64,000 nucleotides of DNA. Source: Bdellovibrionales bacterium (lineage in GTDB: Bacteria > Bdellovibrionota > Bdellovibrionia > Bdellovibrionales > UBA1609). The stretch covers positions 423,574 to 487,573 of the forward strand of contig CBDBBW010000007.1 in assembly GCA_965203225.1 (NCBI GenBank), read 5' to 3'. Below the pieces are notes generated by a model. The model had not been told where the DNA came from and made no database searches. It worked only from the letters and a program-made list of their open reading frames with translations. A program made the position numbers and the translations under genes. Shown here one piece after another: positions 20,320-29,454 of this stretch; within the stretch, counting starts at the first letter, position 1, and each line of letters opens with the position of its first letter.

Positions 20320-20637
20320 TTATTTCTCTTTAAAGTTGCTGTTTTTGCCGCGGGTTTTGCTCCAGTCCAAAATTTGTAAAGACATTTTTTTATATAGTTC
20401 ATCAATCAGTGATATGGCTGATCTGTTTTCTGAATTAACTTTAAAAATACCGGACGCGGAGGTGACACGAAAAGTGCCTTCGTATCCTTTATGGGTTTTG
20501 TTGATAAAAGCGATTTTTGTGGATTCACTGGGAGCCTTGTCCTCCACGCGACTGTATACTTCCTTACCGTGAATTTTTAAGTCTTCCGATGGGTCAAAAC
20601 CCTTGAATACGAAGTTATCTTTGTTTAAGTTAATCAT
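20320..20637 (-). CDS. small hypothetical protein (weakly HPF/RaiA-like pattern)
   Basis: 105-aa ORF with its own intergenic spacing. The alternating beta/alpha pattern and a basic C-terminus resemble ribosome-hibernation factors, but no diagnostic motif was seen. Confidence 0.4.
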   Translation of the reverse strand: MINLNKDNFVFKGFDPSEDLKIHGKEVYSRVEDKAPSESTKIAFINKTHKGYEGTFRVTSASGIFKVNSENRSAISLIDELYKKMSLQILDWSKTRGKNSNFKEK

Positions 20638-20944
20638 AAATTTGCACCTTTATATGATATTTTACAGGAATGATCTTTGTTAGATAATGGGACAAAAGTC
20701 TGCAATATAAAATCTAAAACTAGATTATATATATGGAATCTTTTGTTTTTTGTCAAGTTTTTTATGAAAAAAACGAAATACGCGTGAAAAGACCCTTAAT
20801 AAAATCCACTTTTATAAATTTTATTTATTTAAAAAAATATTTTTATTTAAAAGTTTTTAACTATTCCGGTGAAAGTGACTTATTTAATGTTTTCTGTTAT
20901 CCTTTGAGTACATTATCATTGGTGTTTTTTTATAAAGAGGCAAT

Positions 20945-21571
20945 ATGGCTGTACTAAATATTTTAAAGTTTCCCGACTCCCGTCTTAGGAGTAAATGCGC
21001 GCCGGTGAAGGAGATAACTGATAATTTAGTACGTTTGGCTGATGATATGCTGGAAACCATGTACAGCTCTAATGGACTGGGGCTGTCGGCCATTCAGGTG
21101 GGGCATTTTGTTCGTCTTTTGACAGCGGATACACGGGCGCTTTACAACATGGAAAACGAAAGATATTCCAACGGGAATGAGCGATGCGAAAGCGCACAGC
21201 CTGGACAACATGAGAAATCAGTTACTCAACCGTTTGTGTTGTTTAATCCTGAAATACTCAGCCGCTCCGGGGAAATTATTTTTAAAGAGGGATGTCTCAG
21301 TTTTCCTTCTTACTATGCGGAAGTCAAAAGAGCGAATCTTATTGAAGTGCGAGGGCTGGATAAATCCGGGAAAATATGTCAAATCAAAACGGATGGTGTA
21401 TTGGCTGTTTGTATTCAACATGAAATAGATCACCTGAATGGAAAGTTGTTTATAGATCATTTAAGCCCTGTGAAAGCGGATCGCCTCCGCGCTCAGATAA
21501 AAAAATATGGATACCCTGACCCGATTCGAGAACAGGCGCCCTCTTCCGAAAAACAAGAAGAGCTTTTGTGA
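20945..21571 (+). CDS. def: peptide deformylase
   Basis: The motifs GLGLSAIQVG, EGCLSFP and HEIDHLNG are present. The stop overlaps the fmt start (GTGA). Confidence 0.95.
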   Translation: MAVLNILKFPDSRLRSKCAPVKEITDNLVRLADDMLETMYSSNGLGLSAIQVGHFVRLLTADTRALYNMENERYSNGNERCESAQPGQHEKSVTQPFVLFNPEILSRSGEIIFKEGCLSFPSYYAEVKRANLIEVRGLDKSGKICQIKTDGVLAVCIQHEIDHLNGKLFIDHLSPVKADRLRAQIKKYGYPDPIREQAPSSEKQEELL

Positions 21572-22515
21572 AACAACAAACTTTCTCTATAGTGTTTCTT
21601 GGTACGGATCACATATCCCTTAAAGGTTTGAATAAAATAATAAATCGTCCTGAATTGGAAATAAAAGGGGTTGTCACCCAGCCGGCGCGTCCAAAAGGAA
21701 GAGGTTTGCGCCCGCTTATGTCTTCCGTAGCTCAGAGAGCCAGGGAGTTGTCGCTTCCTGTGTTAACGCCTGATAATTTAAAGTCAGTTGACTTTTTGTC
21801 TGAAGTGAAAAGTTTAAAAGCCGAATGGGCCGTACTGCTGTCTTATGGGAAAATACTTCCCTCGGATTTTTTATATTTGTTTTCTGAAAAAGCTTTGAAT
21901 TTTCATGCCAGCCTGCTTCCCCGTTGGAGAGGGGCGGCTCCTGTTCAAAGGGCTATTATGGCCGGGGATCGGGAATTAGGGCTTAGTTTGCAGGTCATGG
22001 AGTCTCGTTTGGATGCCGGTCCTTTAATCGGGTCGCGCGCTTTTACAATGGAAGAGACAATGGACACGGTATCCGCCTTTGAAAAAATAGAACTTTTGAT
22101 CGAGGAGCTTTTGTTGGATATGCTTGAATATATGAGAGGTCGTATTGTTCCCGTCAGACAGGATGAAAGCCGCGCCACTTATGCTCATAAAATTGATAAA
22201 AGGGAAAGCCGGATTATATGGGATGAACCGGCTGTCAAAATTTTTAATAAGGTCAGAGCTTTGGTTGCAGGGCCTCAGGCTTACACTTTTTACAGGAGCG
22301 AAAGAATAAAAATCTATAAAGCGCGTTGTCTTCCTGAAAATTCTCAAAAGGCCTCTCCCGGTCAGGTCGTGGAGGTGGGTGCTGATTATTTTACAGTGGC
22401 CTGTCGTGAGTCTTTGTTATCCGTTTTCCGTCTTCAGCCGGAGTCCAAAAAAACCATGTCCTCCGGGGAATATATAAGAGGGTATAATTTAAAATCAGGA
22501 GATTGTTTTGTTTAA
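21568..22515 (+). CDS. fmt: methionyl-tRNA formyltransferase
   Basis: GTG start overlapping the def stop. The signature is HASLLPRWRGAAPVQRAI. The def-fmt synteny is canonical. Confidence 0.95.
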   Translation: MKQQTFSIVFLGTDHISLKGLNKIINRPELEIKGVVTQPARPKGRGLRPLMSSVAQRARELSLPVLTPDNLKSVDFLSEVKSLKAEWAVLLSYGKILPSDFLYLFSEKALNFHASLLPRWRGAAPVQRAIMAGDRELGLSLQVMESRLDAGPLIGSRAFTMEETMDTVSAFEKIELLIEELLLDMLEYMRGRIVPVRQDESRATYAHKIDKRESRIIWDEPAVKIFNKVRALVAGPQAYTFYRSERIKIYKARCLPENSQKASPGQVVEVGADYFTVACRESLLSVFRLQPESKKTMSSGEYIRGYNLKSGDCFV

Positions 22516-23179
22516 AGTGGCGCCCAGTATTCTGTCCGCTGATTTTGCCCGTTTGGGGGAAGAGGTGCGGGCGGTGGAAACTGCCGGTGCGGATCGTCTT
22601 CATATTGATGTCATGGATGGCCGCTTTGTACCAAATCTGACGATCGGTGCTCCTGTAGTTAAAAGTTTAAAAAAAACCACCACTTTGCCTTTGGATGTGC
22701 ACTTAATGGTGGAGGAACCGGGGAAAATGATTTCCTCTTTTGTTTCTGCGGGTGCGGATTCTATCACTATTCACCTGGAATCCGATGGCGGGCTTGAAGC
22801 GGTTTTGAAAAACATTCGTCAGGAAAAAGTGCTGGCAGGTCTGGCTCTCAAGCCGGACACACCTGTGGAAAAACTTTTTCCGTTTCTTCCTCTTTTGGAT
22901 ATGGTGTTGATTATGACTGTTGAGCCGGGTTTTGGAGGACAGTTTTTACTGCCGGATCAGGTGGTAAAAATTTCCGATGTAAAAAAGGAAGTAGCCCGTC
23001 AGGGCCTGAAAGCTTTGCCTATTCATGTTGACGGAGGGGTTAATGATAAAACCCAATTGCTTGTGTCCTCTGCTGATGTGTTGGTTGCCGGTCATTTTAT
23101 ATTCAAGCATAAAAATTACAAGGAGGCGATTTCCCTCCTGAAAAAGAAAAATACTTCTGAATCAAAAAAATTATTTTAA
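22508..23179 (+). CDS. rpe: ribulose-phosphate 3-epimerase
   Basis: Motifs APSILSADF, HIDVMDGRFVPN and MTVEPGFGGQ. The start is either TTG at 22508 or, more likely, GTG at 22517. Confidence 0.9.
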   Translation: MFKVAPSILSADFARLGEEVRAVETAGADRLHIDVMDGRFVPNLTIGAPVVKSLKKTTTLPLDVHLMVEEPGKMISSFVSAGADSITIHLESDGGLEAVLKNIRQEKVLAGLALKPDTPVEKLFPFLPLLDMVLIMTVEPGFGGQFLLPDQVVKISDVKKEVARQGLKALPIHVDGGVNDKTQLLVSSADVLVAGHFIFKHKNYKEAISLLKKKNTSESKKLF

Positions 23180-23250
23180 TAAAGCTCCGGTGTATTGTAA
23201 TATTGATTTGAAGGGCTGAAAAAAAAGAAAATGGAGCCAAAAAGAGTGTA

Positions 23251-23571
23251 ATGAAAAATCAATGGAAATCAATCAACAGGGCAAAAGAACTGGTTTCGCG
23301 GGAAGCGGATGTGTTGCGGCACTTGCGGGGTTTTCAAAGGCGGAGTTTTGTTGATTTTGCTTGTTGGTTTTACGCTCAATTATTTAAAGCGCCCCGGTTC
23401 AGGGAGAATAGGGGAGCCATTATGCTGGAGTATGTGCTTTTATTGGTAGCTTGTCTTGGTTTTGCGGCGCTCATTAAATCAGCGGTTGAAATAAGCAGTA
23501 GCAGCGAGGAATCCGGGTGGGTAATACAAACCTGGATGTCTGTTATTAATAGAATAGCGGAAGATATGTAA
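23251..23571 (+). CDS. possible Flp-type (type IVb) prepilin-like small protein
   Basis: ENRG/AIMLEYVLLLVACLGFAALI matches the Flp G-XXXXEY processing motif followed by a hydrophobic helix. The leader is unusually long from the annotated ATG; internal GTG/TTG starts are possible. No tad genes are in the window. Confidence 0.35.
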   Translation: MKNQWKSINRAKELVSREADVLRHLRGFQRRSFVDFACWFYAQLFKAPRFRENRGAIMLEYVLLLVACLGFAALIKSAVEISSSSEESGWVIQTWMSVINRIAEDM

Positions 23572-23779
23572 TATCTTCATTTATTTCATAAAAGTTTTTC
23601 TTTCGATCGTTAGAAACTGGCTTTTAAAAACAGCCGGTTAAAAAACTAATAATCAACAACAACCCTTCTGTTGATAACCTCTCACCAAAATCTGTTCGGA
23701 AATTATCATAACTTTAGTTGTATAGATGAAAACGAATTTAAAATCTTCTGATGTGAAACGTTTTTTAAGGTACGGATCA

Positions 23780-25135
23780 TCAAGGCAGGTCCTTTATAGA
23801 TTGAACCCAGTGTAAGCTTAATTCTTTTGGCGGTTTAATTTGTTTTAAATGTTTTTTGTTTCCGGCCGGCAAATAAATATTTTTAAAACCCAGTTTTTGA
23901 GCTTCTTTTATTCTCTCTTCTGAAAAGGTGCAGGCTCTTACTTCACCTGTTAAACCCACTTCTCCAAAAAAACAGCTTTGTGTGGACACAGGTTCTTGTT
24001 TTTTCGCGGAGATCAAAGCTTTGGCTATGGCCAGATCGGCTCCCGGTTCCGTTATTTTTAAACCTCCCGGCAGATTTAAAAACACGTCATATTGGTACAA
24101 TCCTATTTTTAGATGGCGATCCAGCACGGCGATAATTTTATACAACCGATTTATGTCCAGGCCAATGGCGGTTCTGCGGGGGGTGGAAAGATAACTGCGC
24201 ACACACAGTCCCTGTATTTCACAAAGCAAAGGGCGTGAGCCTTCCATTGCGGTAAACACGACTGAGCCGATCATATTTTCTTTTCTCTCTTCCAAAAAAA
24301 ACTCAGATGGATTGGATACTTCTTGAAGTCCTCCAGAAGACATTTGGAATACTCCTATCTCACTTATAGCTCCAAAGCGGTTTTTTAATGCTCTAAGCAA
24401 ACGAAATTGGTAAAGAGGGTCTCCGTCAAAGGATAAAACCGTATCCACTGTATGTTCCAGCAAACGAGGGCCGGCCAGTTGCCCGTCTTTGGTAATGTGT
24501 CCGATGATAAATACGGCCGTATTGCTGTGCTTGGCAAAATTCATAAGCTGTCCGGCGCATTCCCGGACTTGGGATGGGGAGCCTGGGGCGGAAGATAGCT
24601 CGGACAACTGCACAGTTTGTATGGAATCCACGATCAGTACATTTGGTTTTATATTTTCAATATGATGAAAAATCTTCTCTAAAGAGGTTTCGTTCAATAT
24701 AAAAATATTGTTTTTGGTTTTTAAATTTAATCGTTCCGCCCTTAAACTTGTTTGTTGCAGACTTTCTTCGGCGGAAACATAAAATACTTTCAGCCCCTGT
24801 TGAGCCAAACCTTCCGCGGTATGTAGAAGGAGAGTGCTTTTTCCTATTCCCGGAGCCCCTCCCAACAGAATGTAGGAACCGGATACCAGACCTCCTCCCA
24901 GTACTCTGTCCAGCTCCCTTATTCCCGTGGTGGTTCTGTCTGTAGATCCTGTCCCCTTTTGTCCTAATAATACGGGTTTTTGTTTTGTTGTTTTTTTGAA
25001 AGCCGTGGGGGAAGAAGGCGTTTCCTCAATGATGGAATTCCATTTTCCGCAATGGGGGCACTGTCCTTGCCATTTTGGGCTGGACACACCGCATTCAACA
25101 CAAACAAAGTTCATTTTTACTCTTGTTGTTTTCAT
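23780..25135 (-). CDS. radA: DNA repair protein RadA/Sms
   Basis: N-terminal zinc ribbon CVECG...CPHCGKWNS, Walker A GGAPGIGKST, the KNRFG motif (LKNRFGA) and a Lon-like C-terminus. Confidence 0.95.
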   Translation of the reverse strand: MKTTRVKMNFVCVECGVSSPKWQGQCPHCGKWNSIIEETPSSPTAFKKTTKQKPVLLGQKGTGSTDRTTTGIRELDRVLGGGLVSGSYILLGGAPGIGKSTLLLHTAEGLAQQGLKVFYVSAEESLQQTSLRAERLNLKTKNNIFILNETSLEKIFHHIENIKPNVLIVDSIQTVQLSELSSAPGSPSQVRECAGQLMNFAKHSNTAVFIIGHITKDGQLAGPRLLEHTVDTVLSFDGDPLYQFRLLRALKNRFGAISEIGVFQMSSGGLQEVSNPSEFFLEERKENMIGSVVFTAMEGSRPLLCEIQGLCVRSYLSTPRRTAIGLDINRLYKIIAVLDRHLKIGLYQYDVFLNLPGGLKITEPGADLAIAKALISAKKQEPVSTQSCFFGEVGLTGEVRACTFSEERIKEAQKLGFKNIYLPAGNKKHLKQIKPPKELSLHWVQSIKDLP

Positions 25136-25402
25136 AAGATCGCTGAGAATAACTTATTTTTCCCCATAGAATCAAAGTAAAAAAGCTTTTTTATACTGTT
25201 GATCCAGAGGAAAAAAAGTCCTGTTGGAAAAAAGCGGTGTTCAATCCACACTGAAGTTTATAAACTCAGAAAGTCATTCATGGCTTCAGTTTTCGTTCTT
25301 CTTTGAAAACAGAGGAAAGTCCGCAAAATGGAAAGGTCTGGCAAAAAACCTTGATACTTTTTCATACAGGTAGTGAAATAATAAAGAGAGGAATTAAATA
25401 GT

Positions 25403-26335
25403 TTGTTTAACGAGAATGGGTGTATGCGAAAATCAGGTCTTTTTGTTTTTACTCTTTTTTTGTTGTTTTCCTCTGCGGCTCATTCAGCGTTGATTCTTAA
25501 AATCAAGGGCCGGAAAGCTTTGGTGGATTTGGAAGGGGTGCAGGCGTCCCGAGGGGATAAGTTTGACGCACTTAATTTGTATGGAAAAGCCTTGGGTTTG
25601 CTGGAGATAAAACAAATCAAGAGAGGAAAAGCGGTAGCCGTGTTGCTGAAAGGGAAAATGGGGGTTAATTGGATTTTGGAGCCTTCCGCGCAAGAGGAGA
25701 GTTCTTTTACAGAAGAGGATGAATACTCTCCGTCGAAGCCAAAGTCTTCTTATGGTCATTCCGCCGGGTCTTTTCGCTCTAAATCCTATTCTTTTGCCAA
25801 TGGAGTGGGCTTTATTGCCGGATTGCATTTTAATTCCATTTCCACAGAGCAGAATAAATTCGTTTCCGGAAGTAGTTTACTGGGGACTTTGTTTATGGAT
25901 TTTTTTCTCGTAAATCCTTTGGCTGTCCGGTTTATGTTGGGCTATCAAAATCTTATTGCTACTGGAACGGATTGCGGTCTTAGCAAATGCAATTTGTTGG
26001 TGCATTATCCGTTAGCAGGTATTCTTTTAAGGGCTGTTTTTTTGAATCATTTAATGTTTCAGCCTTGGGTGGGAGCGGGAGGGTTCCTATTTTGGCCTTT
26101 TGTGGATCAAACAGCGGATTTGGGTTTGGATAAAAAAAGTTTTTCCAGTTTTCATGGCGCTGTTACCGCGGCGGCGGGTGTTGATATTCATTTTTTAGGA
26201 TTTTATATACCTATCCAAATTGATCTTAATTGGGTTAATCTGGTGATAGTCTCCCTGCAATCCCTTAAAGAAGGTTCCAGAGGATTTAAACCTTTTTATT
26301 TTGGAATTAAAGGGGGCATTGCTTTTTCCTTTTAA
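25403..26335 (+). CDS. outer-membrane beta-barrel-like protein
   Basis: Signal peptide LFLLFSSAAHSA, a Gly/aromatic-rich alternating C-terminal half, and a terminal ...GGIAFSF (C-terminal Phe typical of OMPs). Confidence 0.6.
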   Translation: MFNENGCMRKSGLFVFTLFLLFSSAAHSALILKIKGRKALVDLEGVQASRGDKFDALNLYGKALGLLEIKQIKRGKAVAVLLKGKMGVNWILEPSAQEESSFTEEDEYSPSKPKSSYGHSAGSFRSKSYSFANGVGFIAGLHFNSISTEQNKFVSGSSLLGTLFMDFFLVNPLAVRFMLGYQNLIATGTDCGLSKCNLLVHYPLAGILLRAVFLNHLMFQPWVGAGGFLFWPFVDQTADLGLDKKSFSSFHGAVTAAAGVDIHFLGFYIPIQIDLNWVNLVIVSLQSLKEGSRGFKPFYFGIKGGIAFSF

Positions 26336-26443
26336 GCAACTCAAGTTGTTTGTGACGACTCTTTTTATGACGATTAGTGTGCTGTATCGGTTGTACTTAT
26401 TCCTTATCTCGGAGTATATGGCTTCAGTTCTGTTTGTGAGCAC

Positions 26444-26807
26444 TGGTGAGAAGCGGGAATCCCTAGGGTGAGAAAGGGATCGGAAGATTTTCGCCAAAGC
26501 GATCAGGCCCAAGTGGTACTGCGCTTTTGGAGTGAGCAAGGGATCGGAAGATTTTCGATAAAGCGATCAGGCCCAAGTAGTACTGCGCTTTTGGAGTGAG
26601 AAGGGGATCGGAGATTTTCGCCAAAGCGATCAGGCCCAATTAGTACTGCGCTTTTGGAGTGAGAAGGGATTGGAGATTTTCGCCAAAGCGATCAGGCCCA
26701 ATTAGTACTGCGCTTTTGGAGTGAGAAGGGATTGGAGATTTTCGCCAAAGCGATCAGGCCCAATTAGTACTGCGCTTTTGGAGTGAGAAGGGGATCGGAG
26801 ATTTTCG
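26444..26807. repeat. 62-64-bp tandem array, ~5.5 copies
   Basis: gatcaggccc recurs at 26501, 26565, 26628, 26690 and 26752. The unit is gagtgagaagggatcggagattttcgccaaagcgatcaggcccaattagtactgcgcttttg. Confidence 0.9.
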
Positions 26808-26940
26808 ACAGTCAAAATTCCAACATTGAGATGTTGGGCAATTGACTTTTATATGTGTGAATACTGTGCCGGGACATGAACTTTTTGTTTGAACCGGGGA
26901 GCCAAAAAGTTCTTTTTTAAGATTCTTTTTTTCTTGAAGT

Positions 26941-27183
26941 TCAATGCAGGCGATGATCCTGCACTCTGGACAAAGCCATGCACTGGGTACAGCGGGCTTC
27001 CTCCTTTTATGGAGAGCATTAATGCAGGCGATGATCCTGCACTCTGGACAAAGCCATGCACTGGGTACAGCGGGCTTCCTCCTTTTATGGAGAGCATTAA
27101 TGCAGGCGATGATCCTGCACTCTGGACAAAGCCATGCACTGGGTACAGCGGGCTTCCTCCTTTATATGGAGAGCATTAATGCA
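26941..27183. repeat. 78-bp tandem array (~3.1 copies) derived from the 3' coding end of 27097..27303
   Basis: atgcagg recurs at 26944, 27022 and 27100. The last unit is the gene's own C-terminal 26 codons plus its stop. Confidence 0.9.
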
Positions 27184-27303
27184 CTCCACATAAATATCCA
27201 GTGTGCCATGACAAATGGGGCATTGTGTTTGCTCTCTCAAAAAATCTGTTTTTTCATTTTCCTTGTACTCATAATGTTCTTTTAATTGATTAGTAGTTCT
27301 CAT
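27097..27303 (-). CDS. small zinc-ribbon protein (CxxC...CxxC)
   Basis: 68 aa with CPICHG...(20 aa)...CTQC. Its 3' end is the template of the adjacent tandem array. Confidence 0.55.
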   Translation of the reverse strand: MRTTNQLKEHYEYKENEKTDFLREQTQCPICHGTLDIYVECINALHIKEEARCTQCMALSRVQDHRLH

Positions 27304-27484
27304 GTTCTCTCTCCCTGATAAAGGTTTCCATATTTAATATATATGCAAAAACCGTTCACAGACTTTAAACTTGTTTTTCTGTTTTTTATCGTCTATTTTT
27401 TAAACAATTATCCAATTTTATTCCAACAGCCGAGGGAAAATCACAAATGGTAGAAGAAAGTTAGTAAGGAAAAATTTCAGTACT

Positions 27485-28138
27485 ATGAGAGAGTTTAAAC
27501 AGCAATTTGTTCCCAGGCCGGATTTGGCTGTGCCCGGGTTTTTAAGGAAGAAAGTTTCTGTCAAGGAGCTGGAAATCGGTGCGGGAGATGGGGAATTTGC
27601 TTTTCACAGTGCCAAAAGCTGTCCGCATTCCCATTTTATAGCGATTGAAAAAAGCCGGAGTTTGTTCAATCGAATGTTTCAAAAGTATCAAAAAGAGCCT
27701 CTTTCCAATTTATGGATTTTTCATACCAATGCTGTCTGGTGGATAAGCCATTTCCTATTACCGGACAGCATAGATAAAGCCTATATTTTCTATCCCAATG
27801 TGTATGTTAAGCCTCGTCAAAGCAATTTAAGGTGGTTTAATCGCCCATTTATGTCTTATTTGCTGAATTGCTTAAAACCCGGCGGCCGGCTCGAAATCAG
27901 GACAAATGAAAAAAAATATTATGAAGAATGTAAAATAAAAATGAACAATTTTCATGATATCAAAAACACGCGGGACTTTTATATTACCCGTTCTTCCGCT
28001 TCGCCCTTTAAGGCTCGTTACTCCTCCCTCGCTGGCGGGAACCCCTCATTTGTCCATTCTCCCGGCACAGCCTTTGAGAGAAAATACCTGGCTCAGGGGC
28101 AAATTTGTAGGGGCCTGATTTATACACGGTTTATTTAA
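27485..28138 (+). CDS. trmB: tRNA (guanine-N7)-methyltransferase
   Basis: SAM-binding ELEIGAGDGEF, the TrmB-like FPDPW-equivalent region (IFYPNVYVKPRQ), and appropriate size. Confidence 0.8.
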   Translation: MREFKQQFVPRPDLAVPGFLRKKVSVKELEIGAGDGEFAFHSAKSCPHSHFIAIEKSRSLFNRMFQKYQKEPLSNLWIFHTNAVWWISHFLLPDSIDKAYIFYPNVYVKPRQSNLRWFNRPFMSYLLNCLKPGGRLEIRTNEKKYYEECKIKMNNFHDIKNTRDFYITRSSASPFKARYSSLAGGNPSFVHSPGTAFERKYLAQGQICRGLIYTRFI

Positions 28139-28197
28139 TATTCTCTGATTTTTTTAATTATTTCTCCTTTTTTTCCGTTAAGACAGTATACAAAATA

Positions 28198-29454
28198 TTG
28201 ATGTTTTTGAAATATTTGGATTTTAAAATGATTACAGTGAATATGAAACTTTTTAACTCTTTTGGAAAATGGTATATAAAAATTCTGACAACCACTCTTT
28301 TTACGGGACTGGTTATGTTGACTTTTTATATGATAAGCTGTCAGGATCTGAATTTTCAGTCCATCCCCGGTGCCAGCTGTGATGAAACAATAGAAATGGT
28401 GGACGGGCTTTCCTGTGGTGATGTGGGAGGAGTGAACGCGGATACTTATGAATATGAAGATGAAGATGAAGATGAATATGAAGATAAAGGTTCAGATCCC
28501 AACACTTCCCAATCTCGCCCCTTCACTCTGGTCACTCGCCTTGGTAAAATCAGTATTTTGTTTATTATAGACACCTCCGGGTCTATGAAGGAAGAGTTGG
28601 CATCTATATCCACTCAGTTTGATCCTTTTTTACAAAAGATCAGAAGGATGGATTATCAGGTAGCCATTACCACAGTTGAGTCGATAAACGGGCAGTTTCT
28701 GACATTTGAAAACGGTCAAAAAATTCTCTCCAATCCGACAAAAAAAAGCTCGGTTCATAAAGAAAATGTGAAACAGTTTCAGCAGAAAATGGAGAATTTG
28801 CCTGTAGCTACCACATCGGATGAAAGGGCTATTTTTGTCTTAAATAAAGTGTTGGATGCGCAGGCCCAGTCGGGATTTTTCCCATCTCATTCTCTCTTTT
28901 TGGCGATCATTGTTTCAGATGAGGATGAAAGAAGTTACGGAGGCGTCCTCCCTTCCTTGCCATCCGATTGTATGGTGCTAGAGACAGTCTCTGCTCACCC
29001 TCTGGAGGAGTTTGATAAGCCGGTCACTTTTTTCAGAAAAAGCCAACAGCAACTACCTTATGTTACAGTGACTGTGCATTCCATTATTGTGCCCCCGGGC
29101 AGTAGTGATTGTGCCACTAATCCCTGTGCACCAAGCGGTGTGAGGATAGAAGGTAAAATTTACGCTCAGGCTTCAAAACCTTCCTCTGCCATGTTGTCCA
29201 CTTACGGGAATGTTCGAACCGGTCATATAGGCTCTATTTGTTCCTCTGATTACAGTAGTCAGTTGGGCCCTATTGCTGATATATTGATAAATACCCCCTC
29301 TATTCCGCTTCACTGTAATCCCGTGTCCGGCAAAGTGAAAGTTCGAGTGGGTGGGGATAAAGTGAAATTTCGAGTGGAAGGCAATAAAATTATCATAGAG
29401 GAATCGGTTTCTTTCAATTCCTATGCAAAAGTGCGGTACTATTGTCGATCATAA
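28198..29454 (+). CDS. vWA-like secreted protein, distant paralogue 4 (acidic linker)
   Basis: TM/signal LFTGLVMLTFYMISC, then YEYEDEDEDEYEDKG. Domain motifs are ISILFIIDTSGSM (DxSxS), YQVAITT, IIVSDEDE, HSIIVPPGSSDC and IGSICSSDYSSQLGPIA, collinear with the 13.5-17.5 kb family. Confidence 0.8.
   Translation: MMFLKYLDFKMITVNMKLFNSFGKWYIKILTTTLFTGLVMLTFYMISCQDLNFQSIPGASCDETIEMVDGLSCGDVGGVNADTYEYEDEDEDEYEDKGSDPNTSQSRPFTLVTRLGKISILFIIDTSGSMKEELASISTQFDPFLQKIRRMDYQVAITTVESINGQFLTFENGQKILSNPTKKSSVHKENVKQFQQKMENLPVATTSDERAIFVLNKVLDAQAQSGFFPSHSLFLAIIVSDEDERSYGGVLPSLPSDCMVLETVSAHPLEEFDKPVTFFRKSQQQLPYVTVTVHSIIVPPGSSDCATNPCAPSGVRIEGKIYAQASKPSSAMLSTYGNVRTGHIGSICSSDYSSQLGPIADILINTPSIPLHCNPVSGKVKVRVGGDKVKFRVEGNKIIIEESVSFNSYAKVRYYCRS

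Noticed and set aside
25312-25323. gaggaaagtccg, identical to the conserved RNase P RNA P4 5' motif
   Set aside because: The 267-bp AT-rich intergenic region is too short. It lacks the complementary ...cggctta P4 strand and the other conserved helices. A similar agaggaaaaaaagtcctg nearby suggests chance.
26849-27285. ORFs 26849..27139(-), 26889..27179(+), 26944..27285(+), and similar ones at 15699..15971, 29730..30099, 31896..32219 and 12699..13001
   Set aside because: They are open only because a stop-free repeat unit is iterated. Their peptide sequences are periodic, with no RBS or start context.
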